A DNA stretch of 64,000 nt from Candidatus Nanohaloarchaea archaeon (lineage in GTDB: Archaea > Nanohalarchaeota > Nanosalinia > Nanosalinales > Nanosalinaceae). The position numbers and the translations under genes were made by a program. The notes beneath the pieces are model-generated. The model ran no database searches and was not told the DNA's origin. It saw only the letters and a program-made list of their open reading frames with translations. Each line of letters begins with the position of its first letter. The stretch's first letter is position 1. Shown piece after piece: positions 20,136 through 30,858 of the stretch. Location of the stretch: contig JACOQA010000004.1 of the NCBI GenBank assembly GCA_014297435.1, positions 64,001 through 128,000 on the forward strand, written 5' to 3'.

Positions 20136-20270
20136 ACTGTAACACCTCCAATATAATTTATAGCGCTCTCTGTACTGATTTGTAGCTGCCCGCCAGCACC
20201 CATGATCACGCCAACAAGCATGAAGAACACCGGTTGATCCGATCTCTCTGCCATAAGGAATGCTTCTCCT

Positions 20271-20327
20271 GGCTTCTCGTGGGACAAGAAGCTCTGTTCT
20301 TTGAAGCAAGCTTCATCGTCTTCACAA
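20271..20327 (+). repeat. 57-bp direct repeat, copy 2 (remnant of a permease 3' end)
   Basis: Encodes LLVGQEALFFEASFIVFT versus LLVGQAALFFGASFVIFT in copy 1. Confidence 0.85.
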
Positions 20328-20566
20328 TTTTTTCTTTTATTTTATGAGAAAGCAACTCGACTATTAAAGTGGCTTTAAAGCTTAATTTAGAACCTGTTGG
20401 GGCGGGAGATCAGGGAAGAGATCCTTTCTGAAGTTGATTCAATTTTTGAACTGATCTTGAAGCTTAATTAACGTATGACTCGGCTGAATTAATTCTTTGA
20501 GATGTTTATAAAAAAACTTGAGAATTATAGGTGAAAAAGAAGAACGCAGGTAAGAACAGCGGAAAG

Positions 20567-21196
20567 TTACTCCTCTTCCGCCATCTCCTTGACCTTCTTC
20601 ATCCGGAAAGTCTCCTCACGCTCCGACTCCTCGAGCGCCTGGGAGATCTTGTCAAGAGCAGAGTTGAACTCGGGAATAACCTTGTGCTCTAGAGCGTTGA
20701 CCCTTCTCTTCGTCTTCTCGATCTCGTTCAGGAGCTTGATCAGCTTCGTCTGGGTCTCCGCCGCGTCAACAACTTTTTCGAGAAGGTCCTCGTACTTGTC
20801 TGCGGTGGAGTCGATTCTTGAGGTGGCTGAAGTTACTCCGTATTCTCTGTTGAGTACGTTCCTTGAGATCTTTTCTGACTCGATCTCAGGCACAACCACT
20901 CCCATGATGTTCGATGTTGAGGATGAAAGCCTTGGCTCCTCTGTGACAGGGAACGAGTTGGCTCTTATGGCATCCTCACCATCGTAGACTTTAGCTAAGA
21001 GTAGCTTGAGCTTTGCCTGAGAGTAGACATCAGCAAGCTCCTGATTCACTTCTCTTGCGTCTCCCGCAATCTCCATAAACTCGTGGATCAAACCATCACG
21101 TTTTTTCTCAAGGATATCGTGTCCGTTTTCCGCAAGTTCAATTCTCTCCTTCAACCTGAGTTCTTCAGAACGGGTTGGTTTTACATCTTGACTCAT
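20567..21196 (-). CDS. atpD: A-type ATP synthase subunit D
   Basis: KPTRSE, GHDILEKKRDGL, EIEKTKRRVNALE. Confidence 0.97.
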   Translation of the reverse strand: MSQDVKPTRSEELRLKERIELAENGHDILEKKRDGLIHEFMEIAGDAREVNQELADVYSQAKLKLLLAKVYDGEDAIRANSFPVTEEPRLSSSTSNIMGVVVPEIESEKISRNVLNREYGVTSATSRIDSTADKYEDLLEKVVDAAETQTKLIKLLNEIEKTKRRVNALEHKVIPEFNSALDKISQALEESEREETFRMKKVKEMAEEE

Positions 21197-21537
21197 TTAG
21201 CTGTCACCTCCTTGTCGCTGATAACGCCGTAGTCCTCTGCAAGCTCATCCAAGACGCTGCTTTCCTCTTCAAGAGTTCCCGAAACCTTTCCCGGTTTCCT
21301 GAGCACATAATGGGCGAACTTGTCTCCAATCGACTCACCTGAGTAGTTCTCGATATTCATCTCAAAACCGTAGCCCTCATCATAGTGCTCGATCTCAAGA
21401 TCGATTCTGCCAGGATCTTTTTGCCTTATGAAGATAGCCGGTTCTGTTTCACCGGCAGCTTCAAGGACTTTGGCAGCATGGAAGCTCTCCAGACCATGTA
21501 AGGCGTATGATTCTTCATTCCGGTTTTTCTGCATCAT
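21193..21537 (-). CDS. Hypothetical protein between atpB and atpD
   Basis: AGGTGAT SD then ATG at 21537 (GTG 21549 alternative); stop overlaps the atpD start. Confidence 0.65.
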   Translation of the reverse strand: MMQKNRNEESYALHGLESFHAAKVLEAAGETEPAIFIRQKDPGRIDLEIEHYDEGYGFEMNIENYSGESIGDKFAHYVLRKPGKVSGTLEEESSVLDELAEDYGVISDKEVTAK

Positions 21538-21549
21538 TCTATTGATCAC

Positions 21550-22938
21550 CTAGTCGAACCTTGTCTCTCGTCCTTCAAGATGTTCTTCTCTCGTCTCAGG
21601 ATCGATCTTCGTTAGCTCGCCTTCAGGGACGATCGAAAGCAGATCCCATGCAAGCTCGAGAGAGTCTTCGATACTTCTGTCTTCTCTGAAGCCTTGTCCG
21701 ATGAAATGTTCTTCGAACTTCTTCGTGAACTCTAGAATCTTTTCGTCCTTGTCGGATAGAGCGTCTTCACCGACAATAGCGACTAAGTCTCTGAGAGACT
21801 GTCCTTCTGCATAGAGCGCGTAAAGCTGATCAGAGACATCTGGATGATCCTCTCTGGTGTAGCCTTCGCCGACACCGTTATCCATCAGACGGGATAGGCT
21901 TGGTAAGACATCGATCGGCGGGTTCTGTCCTTTCGAGTCGAGATCCCTGTCGACAACAATCTGTCCCTCCGTAATATAACCTGTAAGGTCTGGGATCGGG
22001 TGGGTGATGTCGTCGTTAGGCATTGTAAGGATCGGGATCTGTGTGACTGATCCTTCACGTCCCTGGATGATTCCAGCTCTCTCATATAACTCAGCGAGGT
22101 CCGTATACATGTATCCCGGATATCCTCTTCTTCCCGGAACCTCTTCTCTTGCCGCAGATACTTCTCTGAGTGCGTTTGCGTAGTTAAGCATGTCTGTCAT
22201 AATAACCAGAACTTCCATGCCTTTCTCGAACGCTAGGTACTCTGCTGTTGTTAGTGCCATTCTTGGCGTGATGATTCTTTCCGGTGCAGGGTCCGAAGCT
22301 TTGTTGAGGAATACTACAGATCTCTCAAGTGCTCCCGTCTCTCTGAACTCTTCGATGAACTCCTGGGATTCCTCTTCTGTAATTCCCATTCCTGCGAATA
22401 CTACTGCGAACTCTTCGTCTTCACCTGAAACGTCTGCCTGTCTTGCGACCTGCATAGCTAGTTCGCTGTGTGGTAGTCCGGATCCTGAGAAGATTGGAAG
22501 CTTCTGTCCTCGAACCAGTGTGTTCATAGTGTCGATCGAGGAGATACCTGTCTGGATGAAGTCTTCCGGAAGCTCTCTCGAACTAGGATTGATTGCCTGT
22601 CCGATGATATCCTCTTCTTCCTCAGGAATAATTTCCGGTCCATCATCGATAGGGTTGCCTGTTCCGTCGAGAACCCTTCCTAGAAGGTCCTCGGTGACTG
22701 GCATCTTGACGTTTTCGTCCATGAACCGGACGGATGCGTCCTGTCCGATTCCCTGTGTTTCCTCGTAGCACTGTACGACTACGACATCTTTCGAGGTTTC
22801 AAGGACTTCTCCCTTTCTCATCTCTCCGTCCGGCGTCTCGATCTCGACGATGTCTCCATAGGAGATATTGTCGGTTTTCTCTACAAATACTAGTGGTCCT
22901 TTAACCTGGTTGATTGTCTTGTACTCTTGTTTGGTCAT
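21550..22938 (-). CDS. atpB: A-type ATP synthase subunit B
   Basis: [29 protein letters not shown]. Confidence 0.98.
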   Translation of the reverse strand: MTKQEYKTINQVKGPLVFVEKTDNISYGDIVEIETPDGEMRKGEVLETSKDVVVVQCYEETQGIGQDASVRFMDENVKMPVTEDLLGRVLDGTGNPIDDGPEIIPEEEEDIIGQAINPSSRELPEDFIQTGISSIDTMNTLVRGQKLPIFSGSGLPHSELAMQVARQADVSGEDEEFAVVFAGMGITEEESQEFIEEFRETGALERSVVFLNKASDPAPERIITPRMALTTAEYLAFEKGMEVLVIMTDMLNYANALREVSAAREEVPGRRGYPGYMYTDLAELYERAGIIQGREGSVTQIPILTMPNDDITHPIPDLTGYITEGQIVVDRDLDSKGQNPPIDVLPSLSRLMDNGVGEGYTREDHPDVSDQLYALYAEGQSLRDLVAIVGEDALSDKDEKILEFTKKFEEHFIGQGFREDRSIEDSLELAWDLLSIVPEGELTKIDPETREEHLEGRETRFD

Positions 22939-22951
22939 TTTTGATTCACCT

Positions 22952-24691
<1,740 letters not shown>

Positions 24692-24718
24692 TTTTAGTTT
24701 AAACCTCGTAGCATTAAT

Positions 24719-25027
24719 TTACGAAATATCTACTCCGATAACTCTCTGGATTTTATCTTGAAGACCTGAAGACTCTGCTGTTTCTGAAAGTGTTACGACA
24801 ACAGGATCTACTGATTCTTCTACTTCACGTCTTACCCTGCCAGGCAGTTTTTCTAAGTCAGTCTGCTCTGCAACTAAAATCCCAATTTCTTCATGTTTCA
24901 ATAGTTCCTGGATCTTTTCCTCGTAGTTTTCAGGGTTGAAACTCTTCTGTACGCCGGCGAGTTCGAAGCCTAGAGTGAACTCGTCGTCACCGATTACTCC
25001 GATCGTTTTCTTCTTTTCTTCTTCCAT
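24719..25027 (-). CDS. atpF: A-type ATP synthase subunit F
   Basis: IGVIGD..FTLGFELAGV, IQRVIGVDI. Confidence 0.95.
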   Translation of the reverse strand: MEEEKKKTIGVIGDDEFTLGFELAGVQKSFNPENYEEKIQELLKHEEIGILVAEQTDLEKLPGRVRREVEESVDPVVVTLSETAESSGLQDKIQRVIGVDIS

Positions 25028-25028
25028 T

Positions 25029-26027
25029 TTATGACACCACCAAGTTGTTTCTGATTGTTTCTAGGTTCTGGATACCTGTCTCCTTCGCTCTCAGAAGCAT
25101 TCTAAGGTTCTGAACCTCAATCATCTTCGCCATAATGTAACCGAGGATGCTTGTTGCACCGAGAGGCTCTGTGTGCTGTGAGACGAGCGCCCTGTCCAAT
25201 CTTGCAACCTCAAGCCTGTGCTCGATGTCCTCAATATTCGCTCCGTTCTTCTTTTCGAGCACTTCCTCATTAACCAGGTAGTCGATAGCTTCTTCGAACG
25301 ATTTTGAGCCAAGAACTTTCTCGAGATGTTTCGACTTCTTGTCTGAGACAAGCCATTCCTCAATTTCCTCTCTCTCGATCTCCTGTTTCTTCAGTCTTAG
25401 AGCGATCTTCAGGTTCTCGTACTCTATCTCTTCGTTTACGAACTTCTCGAACCACATTCCTCCGATCTTGCCTGAAATCCTGTCAAGATCTTGATAATAT
25501 GCACGGTCAAGATTTCTTTCAATCTTTCTGAGATCCTTTTCCTCTCCGATAAATGATTTGTAGTCGATAGGCGAGTTCTTGAATTCGATCGATCCAACTA
25601 TCTCCTCAAACGTTTTTTCTGAAAGATCCTCCAATTCCTCGACCGAGTAGTCACCCACAGGCACCAGAAGGTTCTCTATTTTTTGGTTCCCTCCTCCCTG
25701 TTTCCACCTTAGAAGTCTTTTCAGGCTTAGAATATCATAACGCCTCAGGTAAGTTTTGATTACAGGTTCAAGGCTTTCCGGTGCGATCTCGACAAGTTTT
25801 GACATCGTTCGTGAAAGATTTCTCATCAGCGCGAGCTCAACAAGTTCGATTCCCTCGTATTCAGAGCCTAGCTCGTTGATATCTTTTTTGTAAGCGCCTT
25901 CCTCAAGGTTTCTTGCTATTTCATTAGGCTTCATCTTGAGAAGATTCTCGTAGTCGCTTTCATCGAGAAGCTTCTTTCTCTTCGCGCTCACTCGAGCGTA
26001 CATGTAAGGATAGTCGCGCTGAACCAT
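25029..26027 (-). CDS. atpC: A-type ATP synthase subunit C
   Basis: YPYMYARV, EVQNLR; ATG 26027 preferred. Confidence 0.93.
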   Translation of the reverse strand: MVQRDYPYMYARVSAKRKKLLDESDYENLLKMKPNEIARNLEEGAYKKDINELGSEYEGIELVELALMRNLSRTMSKLVEIAPESLEPVIKTYLRRYDILSLKRLLRWKQGGGNQKIENLLVPVGDYSVEELEDLSEKTFEEIVGSIEFKNSPIDYKSFIGEEKDLRKIERNLDRAYYQDLDRISGKIGGMWFEKFVNEEIEYENLKIALRLKKQEIEREEIEEWLVSDKKSKHLEKVLGSKSFEEAIDYLVNEEVLEKKNGANIEDIEHRLEVARLDRALVSQHTEPLGATSILGYIMAKMIEVQNLRMLLRAKETGIQNLETIRNNLVVS

Positions 26028-26034
26028 TTTTAGA

Positions 26035-26568
26035 TCACTCAAAAAGCTTTTCCGCAACTTCTTTCCTGTGCTTGGATTTCATTTCTTCAACGATTTTATC
26101 GAACGTAAAGCTCTGCCTCCTAGAACCATCCTTGGATACAACCACTATTCCTTCAATGTCTTCTTCTTCGAAATCGATGCTTACGGCATCCTCAAACTCT
26201 TCTCCCCCGATAACTTTCTCGGGTTCGAACTCGACCTTGTCGAGGCATTTCTCAACGAAGTCCTCTCTTTCCTTCTTGGTCAGGTCTTCGAGGCTTTCAC
26301 GGAAATTTTCGAATACCTCGTCTATCTTCGCTTGCTTCGCCTTCAACCTTTTTTCCTTGGCTTTCATACGAGCGTTGGAGATAGTCTTTGTTTCGTATGA
26401 ATCCTTCTCCCCTTCAAGTTCTTCTTCATACTCTTCCTTGACTGCCTCTGCCTCCTGTCTTGCTTCTTCCAGGATTTCTTCTCTCTGTTGTTCAGCTTCG
26501 TCTATTATTTCGTCTGCTTTTTGCTGTGCTTCTTCCAAAATCTCGGATTTGACTTCTTTTAGGCTCAT
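26035..26568 (-). CDS. atpE: A-type ATP synthase subunit E
   Basis: MSLKEV..EI coiled coil; operon position. Confidence 0.9.
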   Translation of the reverse strand: MSLKEVKSEILEEAQQKADEIIDEAEQQREEILEEARQEAEAVKEEYEEELEGEKDSYETKTISNARMKAKEKRLKAKQAKIDEVFENFRESLEDLTKKEREDFVEKCLDKVEFEPEKVIGGEEFEDAVSIDFEEEDIEGIVVVSKDGSRRQSFTFDKIVEEMKSKHRKEVAEKLFE

Positions 26569-26606
26569 TTGAGTATCACGTTTGTGTTTGAAATAAATTG
26601 AGAGTT

Positions 26607-26628
26607 GAAAACGGGTTGCCCCGTTTTC
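26607..26628 (-). promoter_or_regulatory. 9-bp stem with GCAA tetraloop directly after atpK
   Basis: Plus strand GAAAACGGG-TTGC-CCCGTTTTC is a perfect inverted repeat. Confidence 0.6.
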
Positions 26629-26637
26629 CGCGGGCTT

Positions 26638-26868
26638 CTAAATGAAGCCGGTTGATACCAGCGCGACGACCAGTCCGAAGATAACCATGGTCTCCGGGAT
26701 AACTGTTAGGATAAGTACCTGGCCGAACAGGCTGTCGTCTTCTGCTAGAGCGCCAACTCCTGCAGATCCGATCTTTGCCTGTGCCCAGCCGGTTGCAAGT
26801 GCTGCAACTCCTAAAGCTATGGCTGCGCCGAGTGCTGGAAATGCTCCTATTCCTGCTGCTGTTGCCAT
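26638..26868 (-). CDS. atpK: A-type ATP synthase subunit K (c, single-hairpin proteolipid)
   Basis: 76 aa, two TM helices, IPET carboxylate. Confidence 0.95.
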   Translation of the reverse strand: MATAAGIGAFPALGAAIALGVAALATGWAQAKIGSAGVGALAEDDSLFGQVLILTVIPETMVIFGLVVALVSTGFI

Positions 26869-26894
26869 TGTGTGGTTTTCACCTCAAAATAATG

Positions 26895-28703
26895 TTAGTT
26901 AGAGTTTGCTCCGAATGGAGCGTATTTTTTACCGCCTCCTTCATAGAACTTTCCGAACATCTCCACGTAGTGGAGTCGGATTCCTTGAAGGAAGCCTTCC
27001 AAGATTTTAATGAATGTGTTGAACGTGTGACCGACCACCAACATGAATATTCCGAGTCCGACGCCCAGTAGGGATCCTGACTGGAACAGTGGGTCTGCTA
27101 GACCGTTCACTACTTTTGCGAGTGAAACCGCCGCGACCGACACGCCGAATATTCTTAGGTATGATAGTACGTTTGAGAGGAGCGATGGGATTTCTACGAC
27201 CCCTTCTATGCCCTCTCCCATGTAAAGCATGATTACTGCTAGGACGCCGACTACAGCGGCTGCACCTGTCATACCTAATATGGCTAGTGCGGCTGCCAGT
27301 TCGAGTACGATCCATGACCCTTTTTCTAGGAAGGCTTCTCTGAATCCGTGATTGGAATATTCGTTGTAGAATCCAAGCAGGAACCCTAAGTTGACGTGGA
27401 CGACTCCTATAACTGCTGCTATGCTGAATACTGTTCCTAGTTCGTGTGCTCTGTGGAAGAGTATTGGGATCTGGCTGAACACTTCCAGACCGAACTGACT
27501 GGCTAGTACGGAGTCATGACCGAATATTATGAAGCCAAACGCGTCACCGAACGCCAATCCAAATATTATGGTGGAGATTGATGCATACATCAGCGACTTG
27601 AAGATGTCGCGGGCTGCAGGAACCATTCTGTAACCTAGGTAGAATACTGCCAAGGTTGTCAGTCCGTATCCTGCGTCGCCGATCATGAATCCGAAGAAAA
27701 GTGGGAACGTCAAAAGTAGCATGAAAGATGGATCCAGCTCGTTGTATCGAGGCACTGAGACAAGATCGGTCAGTGACTCGAACGGCTGGACGAATCTGTT
27801 GTTATCATGTTTTACTGGCGGTTCCTCCTCCGCCTCTTCTTTCTGTACGTGGATTCTTCCTTCTGTCTTGTCAGCTAGTTCTTCCTCGACCTCAGCAAAA
27901 CGTTCTGAAGGGATCCAACCGTACGCGATAAACGTGTTTTCTGTTGTTGCAAAGTTTAGAGGTGCTTCAGCTTTCTCTACTCTTTCTGTCAGGAAGCTTT
28001 CGATGTTCTCAAGTCCTTCACGCCACTCTTCTGCTAAGCTTTCGAGCTCGTTTTCTTTCTGTTTCTTTGCTTCACGAAGCTCCTCTTTTCTATCCTCCAG
28101 GTTGTATGAAACCGTTTCGATTGAACCTGTAAGCTCTGTTTCCGGGACTGTCAATTCTATGGATGATGCTTTGTTGATAGCATCTCTGAACGCTTTGTCT
28201 TCGGTCTCGTGGTAGAAAATAACGGATGCTTTCTCTCCTTCGAACACGTCATATTGTGTGTTCGGTGCTTCCGAAGTCAGAATGTCCCGATCAATCCTTC
28301 CTACGAAGACATCCAAATTTTCTGTGCCTTCGAGATCTTCATAATTGACTCCGCTACCTCTAAGTTTCTTGAAGAATTTTTTCTTATCATTTACGTTGGA
28401 GATTCTTCTTTCCAGGGAAGCGATTTCTTCCTCTATATCGGAAATCTTTTCGTCCAATTGAGGAAGTTCGTTTTCGAGCTCTTCGATAGTCAGGTTCTTC
28501 CTGTGTCCCTCAACTTTAGGTAGTTTGGAGATTGTGGATCTCAAATCTACCAGTAGTTGTGAGATGTCTTCTGCTTCGTCTGAAGGCTTACCTGTGTTCA
28601 GTTCGCCGTCATAATCGTCTATATCTAGAACTTCAAGTCTGTAAAGTGTGTTAATTACGTTTTCCAGGTCTTTTTTGGCGCCTGTTACCGATATTTTGGT
28701 CAT
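26895..28703 (-). CDS. atpI: A-type ATP synthase subunit I (a)
   Basis: PRYNELDP, FGFMIGDAGYG, SYLRI, IRLHYVEMF. Confidence 0.96.
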   Translation of the reverse strand: MTKISVTGAKKDLENVINTLYRLEVLDIDDYDGELNTGKPSDEAEDISQLLVDLRSTISKLPKVEGHRKNLTIEELENELPQLDEKISDIEEEIASLERRISNVNDKKKFFKKLRGSGVNYEDLEGTENLDVFVGRIDRDILTSEAPNTQYDVFEGEKASVIFYHETEDKAFRDAINKASSIELTVPETELTGSIETVSYNLEDRKEELREAKKQKENELESLAEEWREGLENIESFLTERVEKAEAPLNFATTENTFIAYGWIPSERFAEVEEELADKTEGRIHVQKEEAEEEPPVKHDNNRFVQPFESLTDLVSVPRYNELDPSFMLLLTFPLFFGFMIGDAGYGLTTLAVFYLGYRMVPAARDIFKSLMYASISTIIFGLAFGDAFGFIIFGHDSVLASQFGLEVFSQIPILFHRAHELGTVFSIAAVIGVVHVNLGFLLGFYNEYSNHGFREAFLEKGSWIVLELAAALAILGMTGAAAVVGVLAVIMLYMGEGIEGVVEIPSLLSNVLSYLRIFGVSVAAVSLAKVVNGLADPLFQSGSLLGVGLGIFMLVVGHTFNTFIKILEGFLQGIRLHYVEMFGKFYEGGGKKYAPFGANSN

Positions 28704-28728
28704 TTCTTTCGGCTTGATTTCTTCCCAC

Positions 28729-29046
28729 CTACTGGAACTGTTCTTCGAAGCTTTCTTTCAGGAGCTTTTCTGCTTCTTCCATTCTGTCCGAGGCTTTTTC
28801 TCTTAGTTCTTCTGCCTCTTCTTCTGCTTCATCGATTATTTCTTCTCTTTCTTCATCGACTTTCTCTTTGAACCGGTTCATTTCCTCGTATTTTTCGTCT
28901 TTGGCTTCCTGTTCCGCGTCTTCTATAAGTTCTTCTGCCTCTTCTTCTGCTTCTTCTATCTTTTGCTGTTTCTTCTGTTTGGCATCCTCTAGAATGAGGT
29001 CTGCCTCTTCTTCCGCATTCTTGACTTCCTGTACTACGTCAGCCAC
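28729..29046 (-). CDS. atpH: A-type ATP synthase subunit H
   Basis: Charged coiled coil, first gene of the operon; GTG 29046 with GGTGAT SD. Confidence 0.8.
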   Translation of the reverse strand: MADVVQEVKNAEEEADLILEDAKQKKQQKIEEAEEEAEELIEDAEQEAKDEKYEEMNRFKEKVDEEREEIIDEAEEEAEELREKASDRMEEAEKLLKESFEEQFQ

Positions 29047-29181
29047 GTTATAATCACCGGCATGAAACCCTGAATACAGGAAGCTTATAAACCCTGTGAG
29101 CTTCCGCAACCATCTCCTGTTTAAAAGATTTTCTATAGGCTGGCGTTTGTTGAAAAGTCTTCTCTACCAAAAATCAAAATT

Positions 29182-30279
29182 ATGGAAGAAAGAGGCTTGA
29201 AAATATTCGCACCCGAAGAGGAAGAACCCGGTAAGGACTCAGACGTCTTCTTCAACGACGAGATGCGTACAAACAGGGATCTTTCCAGAATTGCTCTCAA
29301 AGTATTCCGCGACAAGATAGATGTTGATGAGTTTCGTATATGCGATCCTTTGTCCGCTTCAGGAGTGAGAGGTTTTCGGTATTCTGACCTAGGCAAACTT
29401 TACCTCAACGATACCAATCCAGAAGCAGTTGATTCAATAGAAAAAGGTTTAGAGGAGAACCAGATCGAGGCACAAGTATATAATAAGGATGCGAACGTTT
29501 TGCTCTCCGAGAACAGAAACCTCTTCCACTTCATCGATATTGATCCTTTCGGACCGTTTAACCGGTTTCTTGATTCTACAGCCCGGGCTTCAAATCACCA
29601 GAGTTTTGTGGGTCTGACCGCTACTGATTTGGCTGCGCCGGCAGGAAGCTATAAGAAAACATGTATGAGGCGTTATTCCTCGAAGCCGTTGAAGAACTCT
29701 TTCATGCACGAGACGGGTCTCCGCATATATATTAAAGAGGTTTTCCAGAACTACGCACGTTTCGATAAGTGTTTCGACCCCAAGATATGCTGGCACGAAC
29801 AGCACTACTCCAGAGTCATGGGGAGGGTAACTGAGTCAAAGAAGAGAACCAACCGCACGCTAGATAACATAGGATATCTTTCATACTGCCCCGAATGTAG
29901 ATGGAGGAAACTTGAAAGAGAAGAGGAATGCGGCAACTGCGGTGAAGACACACAGATTGCGGGACCGCTCTGGACAGGCAAACTTGTTGACAGAAGATTT
30001 ACCAAGGAAATGAAAGAAGAAATCCCTGAAGAATGGGTGGACGCCAATGAACTTCTCAGAAAAGTTCATGGCGAAGCAGAAATACTTACACCGTTTTACG
30101 ATCTACATAAACTGAGCTCAAGTCTAAGCATTCAGGTTCCCAAAAGAGAGAAAGTTCTTGAATCACTAGAAGACAGGGGATACCCGGTTTCCAGAACCCA
30201 TTTTTCGCCTACAGGTTTCAGGACTGACGCGCCTCTACAAGATATTCGAAGGGTTCTAAAAGAAGCTTCGGAAGAATAA
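29182..30279 (+). CDS. trm1: tRNA (guanine26-N2)-dimethyltransferase
   Basis: VFFN..MRTNRD, SASGVRG, IDIDPFG, GPLWTG, THFSPTGFRTDA. Confidence 0.95.
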   Translation: MEERGLKIFAPEEEEPGKDSDVFFNDEMRTNRDLSRIALKVFRDKIDVDEFRICDPLSASGVRGFRYSDLGKLYLNDTNPEAVDSIEKGLEENQIEAQVYNKDANVLLSENRNLFHFIDIDPFGPFNRFLDSTARASNHQSFVGLTATDLAAPAGSYKKTCMRRYSSKPLKNSFMHETGLRIYIKEVFQNYARFDKCFDPKICWHEQHYSRVMGRVTESKKRTNRTLDNIGYLSYCPECRWRKLEREEECGNCGEDTQIAGPLWTGKLVDRRFTKEMKEEIPEEWVDANELLRKVHGEAEILTPFYDLHKLSSSLSIQVPKREKVLESLEDRGYPVSRTHFSPTGFRTDAPLQDIRRVLKEASEE

Positions 30280-30347
30280 AGCAATCTAAACCCTTTCCCT
30301 GCCCCCGCCAAAGATTTTTAAATCCATCGATTACAGCTTTCATTGTA

Positions 30348-30803
30348 ATGGCTTGGAGAAGGGCGACCGCCGGAGGAGAATTCTCTAAAGAAGCAGAAAT
30401 TAGTAATAGGGCTGATTTGAACCGTTTTCTTGAGGAATCAGAAGCAGATATACCTTATGAGGTAGATTTGCTTGTTAAGGATGAGGAAAGGCTTGAAGAA
30501 GAACCTTACAAAGAAGATCTTCCTGAAGTTGAAAACTTAGACTATGTGTTTGAAGGAGAAGTATTCGTTCTAGACATGTCAGTTGAAGAGTTTACTTGCG
30601 CAGCAACAGCAGGGGACGAAGTAAGCGCATACGTCTATGGAACGCTTTCTATAGAAGGCGATGGATACGAAAGAGAAGTTACGGTAGATGAATTCTATGA
30701 GACTCCCGCCACCGATGTCTTCCACTGGGACTCTGCTGGAGAGAATGAAAAGGGGGCAGAAATTAATGCTAACGTCGAAATGGCAGAAGCAGGCTCAGAC
30801 TAA
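30348..30803 (+). CDS. Hypothetical acidic protein
   Basis: 151-aa ORF with TTTTAAA box upstream. Confidence 0.65.
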   Translation: MAWRRATAGGEFSKEAEISNRADLNRFLEESEADIPYEVDLLVKDEERLEEEPYKEDLPEVENLDYVFEGEVFVLDMSVEEFTCAATAGDEVSAYVYGTLSIEGDGYEREVTVDEFYETPATDVFHWDSAGENEKGAEINANVEMAEAGSD

Positions 30804-30858
30804 TAATTAGGTAAAGATTAGAAAAATAGAATTGGGAGAGAATGCGGCTGCGTCTTCT

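Noticed and set aside
20341-20566. Intergenic region with AAGCTTAATT twice and a short AGATCAG/CTGATCT inverted repeat
   Set aside because: Too short to support a dif site, att site or ncRNA
28808-28955. Repeated TCTTCTGCCTCTTCTTCTGCTTC in atpH
   Set aside because: Low-complexity EAEEEAEE coiled-coil coding sequence, not a CRISPR or mobile repeat
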